Positions 38,811 to 53,807 are shown, counted from the stretch's first letter. The stretch: 64,000 bases of DNA from Octopus vulgaris (GCA_951406725.2 OX597821.1:30938001-31002000); one strand, 5' to 3'. Translations and numbers: made by a program. The notes: generated from the letters alone by a model not told the origin.

Positions 38811-40069
38811 CCGAAGTTATTCTTCTTACTTATTTTTGATTATATATATATAGTTAGAGAATCTCAATAAGAATGTCCGGACGAGTTTAACTTCCTCGTT
38901 GTACGAATAGTGGAAGGTGTTAGATGTAAATCATTCTAGAGTTATTCGTAGATGTATAATGCATTATTTTATTTCGGAAGATAAAAATGGAAATCGTGAA
39001 ACTATTACAAATTATTGTTATTCAGGCAATAATGAGTGGATACTAATTGCTGTCATAGAAGTTTAAATTGTGTACTGAATAGATTACATTCCTAAGGTGT
39101 AAAGTTCCACCCAAATTCTGCGTTCGTTTCAATATAGAATACTCATTTCAAACGGCTTAGAGGACACTTTAGTGTTCATAAGATTTTTATAATTCTGTTC
39201 AGAAAAAATACACATGAAGAATTATTTACATCCGAACACTGAGAAACTGGTTAAAGGAATCTTCTCTCGTTCACTATGCTGTATCTTGTAGCATTATGCC
39301 AATGGAAAAAAAGTTAGTAAAAAATATTTGTACACACACACGCACACAAACACATACACGCATACACACAAGCACACAAGCACATACACGCATACACACA
39401 AGCACACACATACGCATGCAGTAGTACCAGCAAACTTCGTAAATTTTTGTATGAATTTTGCGTTCCTTGCAGTTCGAATGGAATACACTGGATAAAATTT
39501 CGTTCATATAATAAAATGTTTTTTAAAGTATAATAAAACTCTGCTTGAAACATTTTGCCATTCAGCACTTTTCTTTGTTGACGGAAATTTCTGTCATATC
39601 ATAGGTGCACTTACACAAGCATACGGGAGTAGAAATACGTACACATAAACATAAGCTATTTATATATTTGGATACGTACTGGGTACTCAAAAAGTTCATA
39701 CATACGTGTGTACGTGCGTGTATGTGTTTGTATGCGTGTGTGTGTGAGTGTGTGCATGTCCTTCTTAAAAGCATAACCAAACACATGAAAATGAAATCAA
39801 TTGCAACTTACAACGAGATTGAGTATAAAAATATTATTTCGTTTTATATTCACTGATCGCTAAATTATTTACGAACGATGTAACGTACCATTTTACGAAT
39901 CGTCAGAATATATTCGTTTCATTTCAACGATTCGTAGATGAAACGATAGACTTTCGTAAATAATTTAGATTTCCTCAAACTTACACACACACAGATACAC
40001 ATCCACACTTACACACACATACACACAGAAGCATACACACCGATATATGCATGTTTATGTGTGTCGGTG

Positions 40070-40106
<37 letters not shown>

Positions 40107-42335
40107 ATGTGTGTGTGTATGCGTGTGCATATATATATGTGTGTGTGTATGTGTGTGTAAGTATAAGGAGGAGACATGAAAATTATGCTTCATTAAATAA
40201 GGCTTTGGAGTAAAGAATATTGCCTTCTTATCTATTTCACTGGTTTCATCTGATTTCTCATTGAAGTCAAGTGGAACATAAAATATTTAGATATTCCCTT
40301 TGATTTGTTTTATTCATGTTAGAACATTTACCACTAAATATTTTCCCTTCATCATTTTCGCTCCTCCTTTGCTAGTACAGTGATTATTTGCATATGTATA
40401 TATTTTTTATTTTTCGTTTGTAAATGCATCGTGGACATTAATAATTGCTTTTCCTATTTAAATCTTGCATAAATATTGAAATGTCTTACGGTTTCTGTTC
40501 GTCAAATAAAATTTTATGCTTTTTATGTATCATCATAATCGTTTAAAACCGTTTCTTTTTCAAAGTGGGATATTGATTTTTACGCAGGAAAAAAATCACT
40601 TCCAAAAGACTTTAATATTTCGAATTGATGTTTCTACTGAATCAAAATTAAATATATCTGCTAATGAATTCTTTAAGCTTTGAATTTTGCAATTACGATC
40701 TATATGCTATATTTTCTTTTTATTTTTAACATTTTATTATTTCAGTAATTGAGTTAATGCGACTTTTATAGTTTTATCATATATGCTATATACAAAAATC
40801 TTATTAGGTATGTCATACATGTAAAATCTCAAATTGTTGTTTTACTAGATTTACTTTTATAACATGTTTTAATTCAAATGCAAAGTAAAACAAATAAGTT
40901 ACGTTGCTATAGTTAAAACAAATTGATATTTTATTGAATTGCAGTATGTCACTATACAAAATATAACATTTTATTTAACGAAAAATTGTATTTAAGAGAA
41001 AAAAGTAAACAAGACATAAAAATTGAGTTGGCTGAAAAATTAATAAATGATCACAGACTGGAGATTACGTAAGATAATGTATAAAATAAATATACGCTAC
41101 CGTACCTCAGTTAAAAGATTGTGTAAGCAGCTAAGCATAATTTGATTTTTCAACTAACTTCAATAGGTTGATCTTCTTAAAAGAGTAAATTAATTCGCTG
41201 AATACTCTTTCATCTAACTGTTTAATATTCAGTTAGAAAATAATGACACTGTTCATACAAGAAAAATTAAATATACAAATTAGTAAAATATCTCGTTTAT
41301 TACTTTCAATAGTTGATTAAATTAGTTTGCATATTTGAGCTTGTACTATGCACTTTATTTAGTTTTAATAAGTAATAAAATGGAATAAAATACATGCAGT
41401 AAATGTTTAGAGAATATTCAAATTGTTTTTATTACATTTTGTTGGTATTATATATACTGCAATAATGAATAAATGGGATTTTTTTGTTTTAAAGTTTGGT
41501 CACTACGTTCATTGAGAATGATTATTTACCCAACGGTAAATAATCATTCCAGTCATACAATGCAAATTGATATCTATATTGCAAACGAAAATCACATTCA
41601 TGATTGAGTAAATAGAACACCAACGAATAGAAATTCAATACAGCCGACAAACATGTTAAAGAACAAATTTCAAAAATACAAAATGCTCAATCATATCAAG
41701 TGAGCAATGCCAAATTGAAGTGTTGATAGGAAATTTCTAATTAATTCAGCAAATAATTATATACTTTGGATAACTCATTTTTGAAGAAAAATAAAATCCA
41801 CTGACTTTAAATCCAAACGCCAAAACAATTATCAAATAGCTAAGCATTTATCACAATGTTACTAAAGAAGTGATATGATCTCTGGGCGAAATAAGCAATA
41901 TTGGGATCCCACTATGACGGTTAAATATTCTGTTTTAAGTAGTGTGGGCTTTTAAGTTCTAAAATGCTGCTGGTCACATGTGTAAGTTTTGGAACCATGT
42001 GAAAACTTTTATCCTATGCAAGATTCATCTCACGTTTGGAAGACATTTACAGAGAAGAAATCGGTGTCCCTATTATCACGAGAAAAACAAAGCCACATCC
42101 ACTTGCATATATGCTGCATATAAACGCTTACATATATTTAAGCATCCTATCGTAGCTGTTATATGCTTAGAGACAAATACGGTTTTAGCGTGCTTCATTA
42201 TTGCAAACTAAAGGAAGTGGTCCTCCGTTTGGTATACACAGTACTAAATGAGTACAATGGCAATGTGGTCTGAAAATTTGTTAACATATGATCTCTCTTC
42301 TATAAGTTAACCTTCACTGAACTGTTCCTGATATG

Positions 42336-42366
<31 letters not shown>

Positions 42367-42554
42367 TGGTAAAAACGGTAAAGTAACAAGAAAGAAAGAG
42401 ACCTCAATATTATGTAAATAGAGGAATTTATCTGTAAACGTACTATGTGACAATTATTCGGTAGCCTAGATAAAACTCTGAGTTTCGGATGCCGAGGTGG
42501 AAATCCACACCACCATCTCTTCGGTTATCTGACCAGACAAATATCAGAAAATAA

Positions 42555-42555
<1 letters not shown>
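42367..42555 (-). mobile_element. ~190 bp (TA)n-embedded element with a variant hammerhead (42468-42530)
   Basis: Minus strand agataa CCGAAGA gatg..gtgg-attt-ccac..catc c GAAA ctc-a-gag TT ttatct; TA tracts on both sides. Confidence 0.65.
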
Positions 42556-42614
<59 letters not shown>

Positions 42615-44673
42615 TTACTTTTTGCTATTTGTCATAACATCAAGACACTTTTAATTCGTGCTGCAGTTGGGAAAATACATTATAGAGTTCCACAGTGTTC
42701 AGATGTTTCCATGACGTGCCTATAATAGGAGAGTTTCAGAGGATATGTATGCGAATGCTTCAGTGTAAAGAATGAAATATAAGCTGGTTTACTGTATACG
42801 TCACTCCAAATTTTATGAGTAAAATAGTTTGTTGTGACCTGTAACCTCTAGATATTTGCGCCAATACATTTGACTATAAATATCAATAAATATATGTATT
42901 ACCATGCAAGTTATATACTGCTTTTACCGAATTAATCGTGCGTTTTATGGATTAGCTAATTGAATTTTATGTAAATTATATATTCCATGACTATTGCAGC
43001 ATATTTGGCAGGATGATATTTGCAATTTGCGAATCTTTAATGTTACTTGCTAACATCTTAAGTATTTTAAAATACGAGCCTAGCAGCATAACGGTGTAAG
43101 CTGCAAAATGTAATTGATAAGTAGGTGTACGTGACTTATAAAGAACTTTACATATGTGTGGAGAAAAGATTTAAAATGCAATTATGCCAACGAACAAGAA
43201 ATACAGTGACTAGTTGCTATCAGAAACGGATAACTTTATAAACAAATATATTAATAAACTAAAATTTCGGAATAAAATTTGGAAATTATAATCAACGCAG
43301 ATATGTCGTAACTGAATTATTAATGTTGAAACAATATATAGAATATCGTTCGTTTTCATATATTTAGTGTTTAATAAAATTAAATCAACTGTAAATAATG
43401 AAAACAAACAGCGAAATAACTTACATGTTATTAGGTACTTTTGGTAGAAGTGACTGTAACATGTTTCGAAAAATTGAAAACAACTTACTAATAATTTCTT
43501 TCTAATCACTGCAGGGGCTTAACAAATGACATATTCTGGTTGAAGCTGAAAGACGTGGCATGGTATAGCAATTGCTCTATAAGAGAATGGTTACAAATAG
43601 CATATTTTCTGTTTCTTTACATTTTGTGCTGAAAAATATTCTGCAATTCGAAAGTTTTTTTCTTATAAAATATCCGATTATAAAAATAGAGTATTTATTT
43701 TTCTCCAGAATTTCACATATTTCAATACATCTAGTCCTGCTTGAGGAAAGGAACTTACTAGTGATGAGATACGAAATATAAAACACTTAATGCGTACTTT
43801 CAAGTTAACTTGCTTATTTCGTTTCTCCATGGTTTTTGCTATATACTCTATGTTACATCGCTGAAGATCTTTTACTTTAAGTTAAGATGTTCTCAGCCTG
43901 ATGCTGAACATTTCTACAATATTTGTATTATTCATTTCTAAATGCACCCATGAAACTGGTGCAACTTAGCTGTTATTAAGTTAGTAGTAAAAAAACAAAA
44001 CAATACAATAGATTGGAAAGTGATAAAACTTTATACTTCAATCACTCTGTACTGAAGTTCTATAATATAAAAAAAAGTTTCTTTACATCGCATCCATCTG
44101 CATATAGTTTTCAATTAAACGTCTAAAGAAATATTCTGAAGGCGAAATCAGTATCACAGATGGTATAGATGCAAAATATGAAATGAGATTTACAACATTC
44201 TAGAGTGATAAATGAAATGGAAAACCAGTCGGTGTTAAAACCGAGTGATATGCTGCAACGTTTTAGAGGACAAAATATAGAAAAAGATCAACATATAAAA
44301 TCAATAAAAATCAGAAAAAATACATAGAAAACTTGACATGGTGTATAAGAATAAAGGTCAGCGAGTTCAATGGAAAGTATCTTATTTGGTATTGTCGTAG
44401 ATATCTTAAATCAGTGAAGTGTGAGATGCACGCACCTTAATCAGTATCGCAGCTGAAATGTATAAATGGAATTGAAAACAAGCCATGCCTTCTCGTTCTT
44501 TTTATGTTCAGTTTAATTTCACTTATACATTGGGTGTTCTTAAATGCAATCACTCTCAGAAATCGCATATATAATGGTGATGCATCAATCACTTTATTGA
44601 TCCATCCTATCGGAAAAATATACGGAGCTCAAAATTACACTCAAGTGTAATTATATATATCTATATATACATG

Positions 44674-44776
<103 letters not shown>

Positions 44777-44887
44777 GTATGTATGTAGGTAGGGATGTAT
44801 ATGTATATATGTATGTATACATGAGTGCGTTTACATTTATCCATATATGAATATTACTTTACGCACCTATATAACAATATAATAATA

Positions 44888-46254
44888 CACCCAGAACCAC
44901 GCTAATAGCTTAGGAGTGAAATTTAGGATTTCTCGGTTTTCTCAGAATCGATTTTGATAAAAAGTTTCTCAGCTGGTCTGCACACTATGGCAAAACCATT
45001 GTTATGCTTTCATTATTCTGTGTAGCGTCCTTTCTTTTTTATTCTAAATTCTTCAGTTTTTGTGGTGAACCACGCTAATAGTTTTTGAATGAAGATACCA
45101 CCTATAGACATTTTTTTCAGAAACTGAAGGGTGATGATAAATAGTAAGTATACATTGAGTATATATTTAACAGAAAACCGTGATAATATTATAACAATTA
45201 TTGACGTAATGAATTATTTTGCCACGTGACAGTCATTTCGACGGTTAACTTCAAACACTTAATTAGTCATGGAATCTTTCAATGTCTTAATAGTAGCAGG
45301 TCGGACTGCCTCAGTTGCAACTTTGCTGGTCGCCCATAAGATATCTTTCGATGTCAATTGGAGTTCCATCGGCATAAATATCTTGTTTAATAATGGATCG
45401 AAATTTTCAATCAAAAGTGTTGAGAACCGAAAATGCTAGCGGCCACTCCGTCAACCTTTCAAATTGTATGCCACAAGGACCTAGGAATGGTTAGTACTGG
45501 CAGAATGGAAGGGAGCGTTGTCATATCTGAATACGAGATTCCTTACAAGTGACAGCATCATGTCATCTAGCCCCTTCAAGACCCCATCTATGAATCCAAG
45601 ATCTCATTCAGGAGATTGTAGAAGGCGGTTGCGGTCCTTTTAATCACTTTAGGCACCCTAACTGGGGCAATAAGTCTGTCCCCAATGATACCAGCCCACA
45701 TCATGACTCCTCTACCCTGTTGTTGACGTCGTAATTGTTGGTGACTCTCACCCTCAAGACCCAGTCATTTGCCCAACTGTCAGTTCTGTGAAGATTCGCT
45801 CTTGTTTCGTCAGTGAATAGACCACAGCACATGTTTAATGTCTTGTGATTTTGGGCCCATTGAAATTTCAAACTACTGTGAGGAGACAGTTTCAGTATTT
45901 TACCGCACGGAATCAATGGTCCCAAGAATGTGATTTCTCATGGTTTTCTGTACATGCGGCAGTCCGAAGGCGGTGAAAAGGGTTTGTTTGTTTGTTCAGG
46001 TTTCCCGCGTAACGTACGGTCAATATTTCTTAAATTTCTAGCTGTCACAGATTTGGGCGTCCCACGATCGGATCGTGTTTGCCTTGGCACTCATGTGGCT
46101 AAATAATTCATTATGTCAATAAATGAAAACGTAACAATGAACAATGGTGTTGCCATAGTGTGCAAACCAGCTGGGAAAAGTTTTATCAAAATCGATTCAG
46201 AGAAACCGAGAAATCCTAAATTTCACTCCTAAGTTGTTAGCGTCATTCTGGGTG
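44888..46254 (-). mobile_element. Tc1-like DNA transposon with ~115 bp TIRs, TA TSD and decayed transposase
   Basis: cacccagaa..gcacactatggcaaaaccattgtt mirrored at about 46140-46254; TA on both sides; LFTDETRA..RRQQQGRGVMMWAGIIG..YDNAPFH. Confidence 0.92.
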
Positions 46255-46267
46255 TATATATATAATA

Positions 46268-46519
46268 ATATGTTCCTTCTCGAGCCATGCCAGGCTCGTA
46301 AGGGCCGGTTTCTCGGTTTCAATGGCGTAGAAGTTCCCCACCTTGACGGAACGCCGGTCCGTCGCAGGATTGCTCATTTTTGCCAGTTGAGTGGACTGGA
46401 GCAACGTGAAAATGAAGTGTTTTGCTCAAGAACACAAGGCATCGCCCGGTTCCGGAATCGAAACCACAACCATACAATCATGAGTTCAACACCCTAATCA
46501 CTAAGCCACGCGCCTCCAC
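46268..46519 (-). mobile_element. SINE type C, tail 3 (V-domain-like)
   Basis: Head and CORE as other type-C copies, then cctgcgacggaccggcgttccgtcaagg..gaaaccggccc..ggctcgagaaggaac. Confidence 0.85.
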
Positions 46520-48742
46520 AATACAATAATGTGTATACATATGTGTGCCTTTGTATGTGCATGCATGTGTTTATGTTTATTATGTATTTCTCTGTTATGG
46601 CAATCATTTACTAACATTGAAAACAACTCCTTTACTTGCTGTTGGGCGATATCGGTTGAATTTTATCCAAAACAGGATTTTGTTTCAGAACGCAAACATT
46701 CTTTAGGGCCTAGAACATTTTGCCCGCCACTCTGCTAAATATTTATCTCTGCCGAAATTAAACCCTATGAACTGCTCTTACATTGTCATACAGTCAAAAT
46801 CCTTACATACGATAGTATCTTACATACGATATGGAACAATATATCTGTCGTCAAAGAGATCGTTATTTTGTTTTTCGTTTTCGATTGTGGTATCGCGGCT
46901 TTTAATAAAGAATGTTTGTAGATAAGGCTCACAAAATAGTGGATAGGGGAGAAAGAAAGTATTTTGCCAACACATGTTTGAGTATATGTACTCAGATTGA
47001 AATGCTTATGTTTATAGTTTCAAATAGGAAAATAATCAAAATATTTGATTAATGATTTGCAAAGGGAAATACTATCTTTGAAATATTCCCTACCAGTTCC
47101 TTATCTTTCACTTTTCTTATTCATGCTTGTAACTTGTGCGCTCATGTATTCAGTTAATGTATGCATATAAAATCTCACATGGGAAATATTTTTATATTAT
47201 TTTCTCTCTTACGGATATGCTTTCCAATATGTAAATTGATTCCACAATTTAAGGTTCATGCCATATTTTGCAAAAAATTTTATTTATATATACACACACA
47301 TATGTACACATATAGACATGAGTGAGTGTATGTATCTATGTTTATGCGTTTGTGCGCGTTATTTCTATATGTTGTTGTCTTGAAAAGCAAATTTTGCAAG
47401 AAAAGAAAAACGTTCATCCCACACTATCATAAGAAAATTATTAAAATAATTTTTATTAATTTATCATTGCTATCGTCGTTATTAGTACTCCTACTGGTAT
47501 TATTAGTTCTGAGCTCTTGATGACAAATATCATTGACTCATTTATCGAATGTGTCGAGGAGAAATTCTGTGTTTTGCCTTGGTGGCCAGTCGATTTGTGT
47601 GGGTGTGCACAACGGACTTTATTCCCAACGTTGAATTTCTCTACGTTTATTTTCGCAATCCCATCAATCACAGTACGGGATCCTTCTGACGGGCAGGTAG
47701 TTGCAAGGCCACTACATTACATCATAAGAACCATATGTAGGTCCCTACGTAGTTTAGAATTTAACTTGATTTTCCTATCGACGCTAGAGGATTTTTTCAT
47801 AGATTGGTATGATGGTCTAAGACATGATATCCACGAATTCCTTGCATGTTTCACAAACGCTTTAATTCTACGTTTCCTTAGAGTTAATGTTTACTTAAAC
47901 CGAACGCACTCTGATTAAGGAGAAAAAGCATAGATGTCAATAATATTAAAGTAGGGGTCAATTTCTGGAGCCCGTACTTTATAGACTATTATGAGCATTC
48001 TATTCTTAGAGTGTTTGAATAGTCAGTGAATCATTATTTTGTTGCCTGAATCCAGGCAGTTTTTTTTGTACGATACTTTCCAAGATAATTTGTTTCCTTA
48101 AATAAGTGTCATCTTTTGGAGGTCCTTTTACCGCACGATTTATATCAGCTACGTCGTCACATTTGTGGCTTGTTTCCAAAAATACTCAGTTTTTCAAACA
48201 GTTATATCATAAATCACTTGGTTAAGAATGTACAGATATCAACACCGATGACTCCACATCTTTTATCAACGAAGTTTGAATTCTCTGTGTAACTTATTTT
48301 CTCTGGTAGAAAAGATAGTTAAGGCATCTTGAAAGGTGTGTGTAATATAATCAGGATAACTTATGATATTCGAGGGTATGTATAATAGGGCTGGAATCCT
48401 GGATACATTATCACTTCATGTATTGTAATGAGTTATTAAATAGATTTATGATAATCTCAATGCACGTACAATTCAGTTGTGCCATATTTTATTTAGGCTG
48501 CATTTAAGCTTTCCACATGAAGAACGTTAATTCACGTTTCTATTTGGGTATTATATGCAATATATTGTTCGATTTCCCTTCTTCTCCTGAAGTATTGTGT
48601 TTATTTACCTTCCCCGAATTATTCATAGGCGTTGGTTGCTTAACATGTGTATATTTTCGAAGCCATTTTTCTGCATGTACGTGCTTTTATGTGTGGATAT
48701 ATGTCAATATATATATATACATATACATACATACATACATAC

Positions 48743-48774
<32 letters not shown>

Positions 48775-48847
48775 ATATATGTATACATATACATGTACAT
48801 ATATTTACACACACGTACACACACACGCACATATGTATATAATATAC

Positions 48848-48885
<38 letters not shown>

Positions 48886-49262
48886 CTAAGTCTGTATGTA
48901 TACGGAGCGCAATAACTAGAACATATATCTAAATATTGCTGTTTTGGGTTTCAACACTATCGTAATTGAAGGATTCTCCTCACATAATATTCACTGTAAT
49001 CTCAATATATATATATAGTAAAAAGACACACTCCCGCATCGCATTTACATACATACACATATACATAATAACATCCATGCATACATACGAACATATATGA
49101 ACAGAAACATATATATGTGTGTATGTATTACGTATGTATTTATGTATGTATGTATGTATGTATGTATGTGTTAGTGTACCTACATACACACGTATATTTA
49201 TACGCCATTGCAACACTTAATTTACGTATATGTGTATGACTGTATATATGCGTGCGGGAATA

Positions 49263-49301
<39 letters not shown>

Positions 49302-49636
49302 TCCTTTGTATATACAAAGTTGTGTTTCAAGACATGTTCTCGTATTGCGGTTCCTAATCACATACGCGAAGGACGAAGGTAAAATAAAGAATAACGGAGT
49401 CCATCCATCTTTCTCACAACATGTAATTCTGTTTTGTTTGCCAGTGCAGATATTTTACCTTGATATTATTTATCACACCATTGGAAATACGATATACATA
49501 CATACATACACACATACACATATATATATAAACCTTAATTACCAGTTTGATGCATCATGTTTAGTATTTCACATGTCTATTGTAGTTCTCTTCCTGTGTC
49601 TAGTTCTTCGAAATAATAAGATCTACAGTTCCAGTA

Positions 49637-49890
49637 TATATGTGTGTGTGTGTGTGTGTGTCCAGAAAAAAGAAGGTATGATTGTGTGTGTATTTATACA
49701 TATACATATAAATATATGTGGCGTATATATACACCTATGTAAGTACAAATATATGCCTCTATGTGTGTGTGTGCGTGTGTCCAGAAAAAAGAAAGTATGT
49801 GTGTGTGTGTATATATACATATACATATAAATATATGTGGCCTATATATATACACATATGTAAGTACAAATATATGCCTCTATGTGTGTG
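49637..49890. repeat. ~120 bp tandem duplication anchored on (TG)n
   Basis: gtgtccagaaaaaagaa..gtaagtacaaatatatgcctctatg occurs twice. Confidence 0.85.
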
Positions 49891-50379
49891 TGAGTGTGTA
49901 CGTGTTTGTACGTATGTATTTGAGTTTATCCCTGCTATCGTTGTGTAAGTGTTTTGGTATTTGTGTAAAACGTGGTGATACATCTTAATAATGGATTATC
50001 TAATGCTTCGTAGTTTTAGAAGCGCTTTTTTCTTTGTATCATTTCCATATAGCTCTATATTTTGATGATTTTTAAAAATAAAAAAATGCATTGGCATTTT
50101 TGATCGTGTAGAATTAAACTTCAAATGATTAGTATAACAGTAGATAGACCTCGTTTTTACTCGTACCAAGGAAATAGATGATGACGTAAATGAGATGCTA
50201 GATGCGTACTCGTGAAGTCTTTATACCGTCGGTTTTCTCTACTACCTCCAGTTACAGCGAATGGTTCAGTCAAATACAGAATGTTTGTTGCTGTAGCTGC
50301 GGGCAGAATCTCTAAAGGTTAATAGTTTCTACCATTGTTGCAACCCGAAATGCTTCTCAGGTATATGTTTCTTTTTGTC

Positions 50380-50462
<83 letters not shown>

Positions 50463-50684
50463 CCTATCTATCTATCTATCTATTTATCTATATATCTATC
50501 TATTTATCTATCAATATATCCATCCATCTATCTACCTATTTATTTATCCATTATCTATCTATCTATCCATTTATCCAACCATCTGTCTATCCATTTATCT
50601 ATCCAGCCATCTATCTATCCATCTACCTCTCCATCCATTTATCCAACCGTCTGCCTACCCATCGATCCATCGATCAATCCAAAC

Positions 50685-50742
<58 letters not shown>

Positions 50743-50743
50743 A

Positions 50744-50794
<51 letters not shown>

Positions 50795-50925
50795 ATATCT
50801 ATCTACCTATCTACCTATCTATCTATCTATATATCTATCTATCTATATATCTATCTAACTATCTAACTATCTATCAATCCATTTATCCACCCATCTCTCT
50901 ATCCATTTATCCATCCATATATCTC
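50380..50925. repeat. (TATC)n/(TCCA)n tetranucleotide array
   Basis: Direct reading. Confidence 0.95.
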
Positions 50926-50929
50926 TACT

Positions 50930-51910
50930 CGGATAGGCTTGGATGGTCTGCCTCACCAACTTTATTGTCATATGCCAGACTTGTTTGAAGGCGGCTTGGC
51001 AGCTGTCTACTGCAACTGGCAGCAAAACGGGAGTATCATTTCTTTAGCGATGGCACTACTAAAGAAAGAACCAAACAAGGGGTACATAATAGATAACTTC
51101 AGGCCCATCACTCTGGTCAACGCAGATTTGAAAATTTTGACCAAGGTGTTAGCCGAGAGGTTGTGGCTTGTCATCGAGAAACTGGTTCACTAGGCGACAC
51201 CTAAAGAATACGAAGCGATAAGGGCAGGAAAAATTAACCAGGAAAAGTTAGTGGGCTTGCAGCTGGAACCTGGAGTAGCAAGCCCATGCCGTCCAACAGC
51301 GTCTCCATCGAAGGAAGCTGCATCAACTGACCGGTTAACTTACTCGGATTCTGGTTCGGTCCGGACTTCCAAATGGAGAATAACTGGGGCGAAATAACGT
51401 CTAGGGTGGTCACTCTCACCCAGCAATGGGCCGAGAGGAAGCTATCCCTAAAAGGTCAGGCAGAGGTGGTGAAAGCGTACATCCCTCACCGATTACCGTC
51501 TCACCGTCGTACCTTGTCTCAACCCTATCATCACCAAACTGGAACGCATACTCTTCCCTTTCTCGTGGAAGAGAAGTGTTTCGATGGTTAGGCGATCCAT
51601 TTGCCGTCAACACTCGCTAAATGGAAGGCTAGGCATGACGTGGTTGATGATTCGCAGACATGCGCTGAGGCTGTGATATCTTCGGCGTTTCATAGACGAC
51701 GGTTAATAGGTGTGGACACCTTTGTGCGGGGCGCCTTCCTGCAACACGTATCTGTGGCCGAACTGCAGTCGTGGATCAAACGGAAACCGAGGATAGGCGA
51801 ATGGACCACGAGTGTCGCGTTGCCTTCAAGCAACTCTACCGTTCGAGACCCAACTTCTTGTGCGACTTCATTACAACAAAGGCGTTCTATAGAGGATTAG
51901 TGGAGGGCAG
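50930..51910 (+). mobile_element. Tx1/L1-clade LINE ORF2 fragment, internally deleted
   Basis: GLDGLP..NFRPITLVNADLKILTKVLAERL; KINQEK..GLQLEP; NWGEITSRV..WAERKLSLKG; KLERILFPF..MVRRSIC..H.LNGRLGM. Confidence 0.88.
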
Positions 51911-53329
51911 GTAACTTATTAGTGCTGCAATACTTATACATGCATATGAAAGAGTCTGCATGCAGATATTTATCATATGGTTGCAGTTTTTGCTCGAAAA
52001 CACACATACATTTAGACACAGGCGAATGCATGAACACACGCAGAACCGAATGTATATACGCACGTGCGTAAGCAGAAAATAGAATTTTTTCCCCCATAAT
52101 ATATGAGCAGAAGTTCGGTCTAGCTGTCTTACTACCTATTCTTTTATAACAAACCTTCATCCTATCCATTATTTCATTCGCCTTCGTTACTGGAAACTAC
52201 CACAGATTTGTATACTGCGAACATTCTCTCTATTCTTGAAGACTATAAAATTAATATATAGAAACAGAGAATATTACGACGTTGAAGTCGATATCAATAA
52301 ACAAAATATACTATGATTTCCTATTCAATACATAATATATACACACACGCACACGCAGACACAGATACATATATGTATACTTTATATATATATATATACG
52401 TGTATATATATATATATATATATACATATATGTATACCTATATAAATATATATATATATATATGCGCATTATATGTATGTGTATCTCTGCATATGCACAC
52501 TCATATATAGGACTAATAATTACAACTGCGTAAGGACTTAGGATAAGGCTTTGTCATAGACTCTGTGGGGGATTTATTAACGATGTGCTGGCACCTTTTG
52601 TTTGTTTTCAAAGCATTTCAAAAATATCTGCTTCTTTGTTTCCATACTTTCTTCAGGAAAATATTATTCCTAATGTAGATGATATATAGGGCTTCCTTAA
52701 AATGAATTCTTTACCAAATTGTATTAATGGGATATCTGAAATATCTTCCGTCAGAGCCTGGGAATATGTCTTCAACTAAAAAAATTATGGAATCTGTATA
52801 AGTTCGTTTAACTAAGTAGAAATATGTGCAGTCTTTCATCTGAAAAAAAACAAAAAAAAACAATCAGCTGTATATATCAAGAAACGTTTGGAAAATAGGA
52901 AATGGTATGATCTGTGGATATTGTTAAATGAGATGTTTCGGGTATGGAAAATGACTGCGCGTAGACAATCATATACTATAAGTGAGGAGCCGAGCGCCGT
53001 CTGTCTGCCTGTAACAACATCCAGATAGGGAGAGGGAAGATGGGAAGGAATCAATAGGGGAGATGACACCTGCCACAACGAATATTTAGGAGGGAAGAAT
53101 GGGAAATGAAAAGATCTTTTTCACAGAGAAATACAGTGTGACAGAGTGTGTGTGTGTGTGTTTGTGTATGTGTACTTGTGTATATGTGTGTGTTTACGTG
53201 TTAAAGATAATAGATGCATAGATAGATAGTGTTGGCACCCTAGTAACTCACTATTTTTTCTTAAAAACGTGAGAGTTGGCAGTGCAAGCCAATACAACGC
53301 AACACAAACTTGAAGAAATAGCTATATGT

Positions 53330-53662
53330 ACGTACGAGAAAAACGCCCCCCCCCCCCCCCCGTCTAACGGACGGAGCTGAGTTGTCAAACGTTTACACAG
53401 AATTTTCTCAAAACAACTTGTCCGATCGTCCCATACGCCTCCCCTTTGAGAAACACTGATTTAACCTAAATTTGAGACACCAGCAAAAGAAGAAATAAAG
53501 ATAGACTTTTTTTCTATTCCAAAGAAAAAAAGATTTCCCACGGCTTTATCGATCGCATTCTCACCCGTAATCGATTATAAGATTATACACGCCCTGATAC
53601 CGTCAATATCTACATATCAAATTGAGCGCAATCGGATGGAGGGTGCCCGAGATCCTAGAAGC

Positions 53663-53665
<3 letters not shown>
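53330..53665 (+). mobile_element. Possible Helitron/Helentron-associated non-autonomous fragment
   Basis: atatcaaattgagcgcaatcggatggagggtgcccgagatc running into a microsatellite resembles the DINE-1/Lep1-type core motif. Confidence 0.35.
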
Positions 53666-53722
<57 letters not shown>

Positions 53723-53807
53723 TTAGAGACAAAACCACTATTTTGCAAAACAAACAAGGAAAGACTTAATCAATACATAAAATTTTAATAAATAGTCAAA
53801 AAAACCG

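Noticed and set aside
47456-48300. KFNVGNKVR-like peptide suggesting an integrase C-terminus (Polinton/Gypsy)
   Set aside because: Single short motif; no DDE core recoverable by eye.
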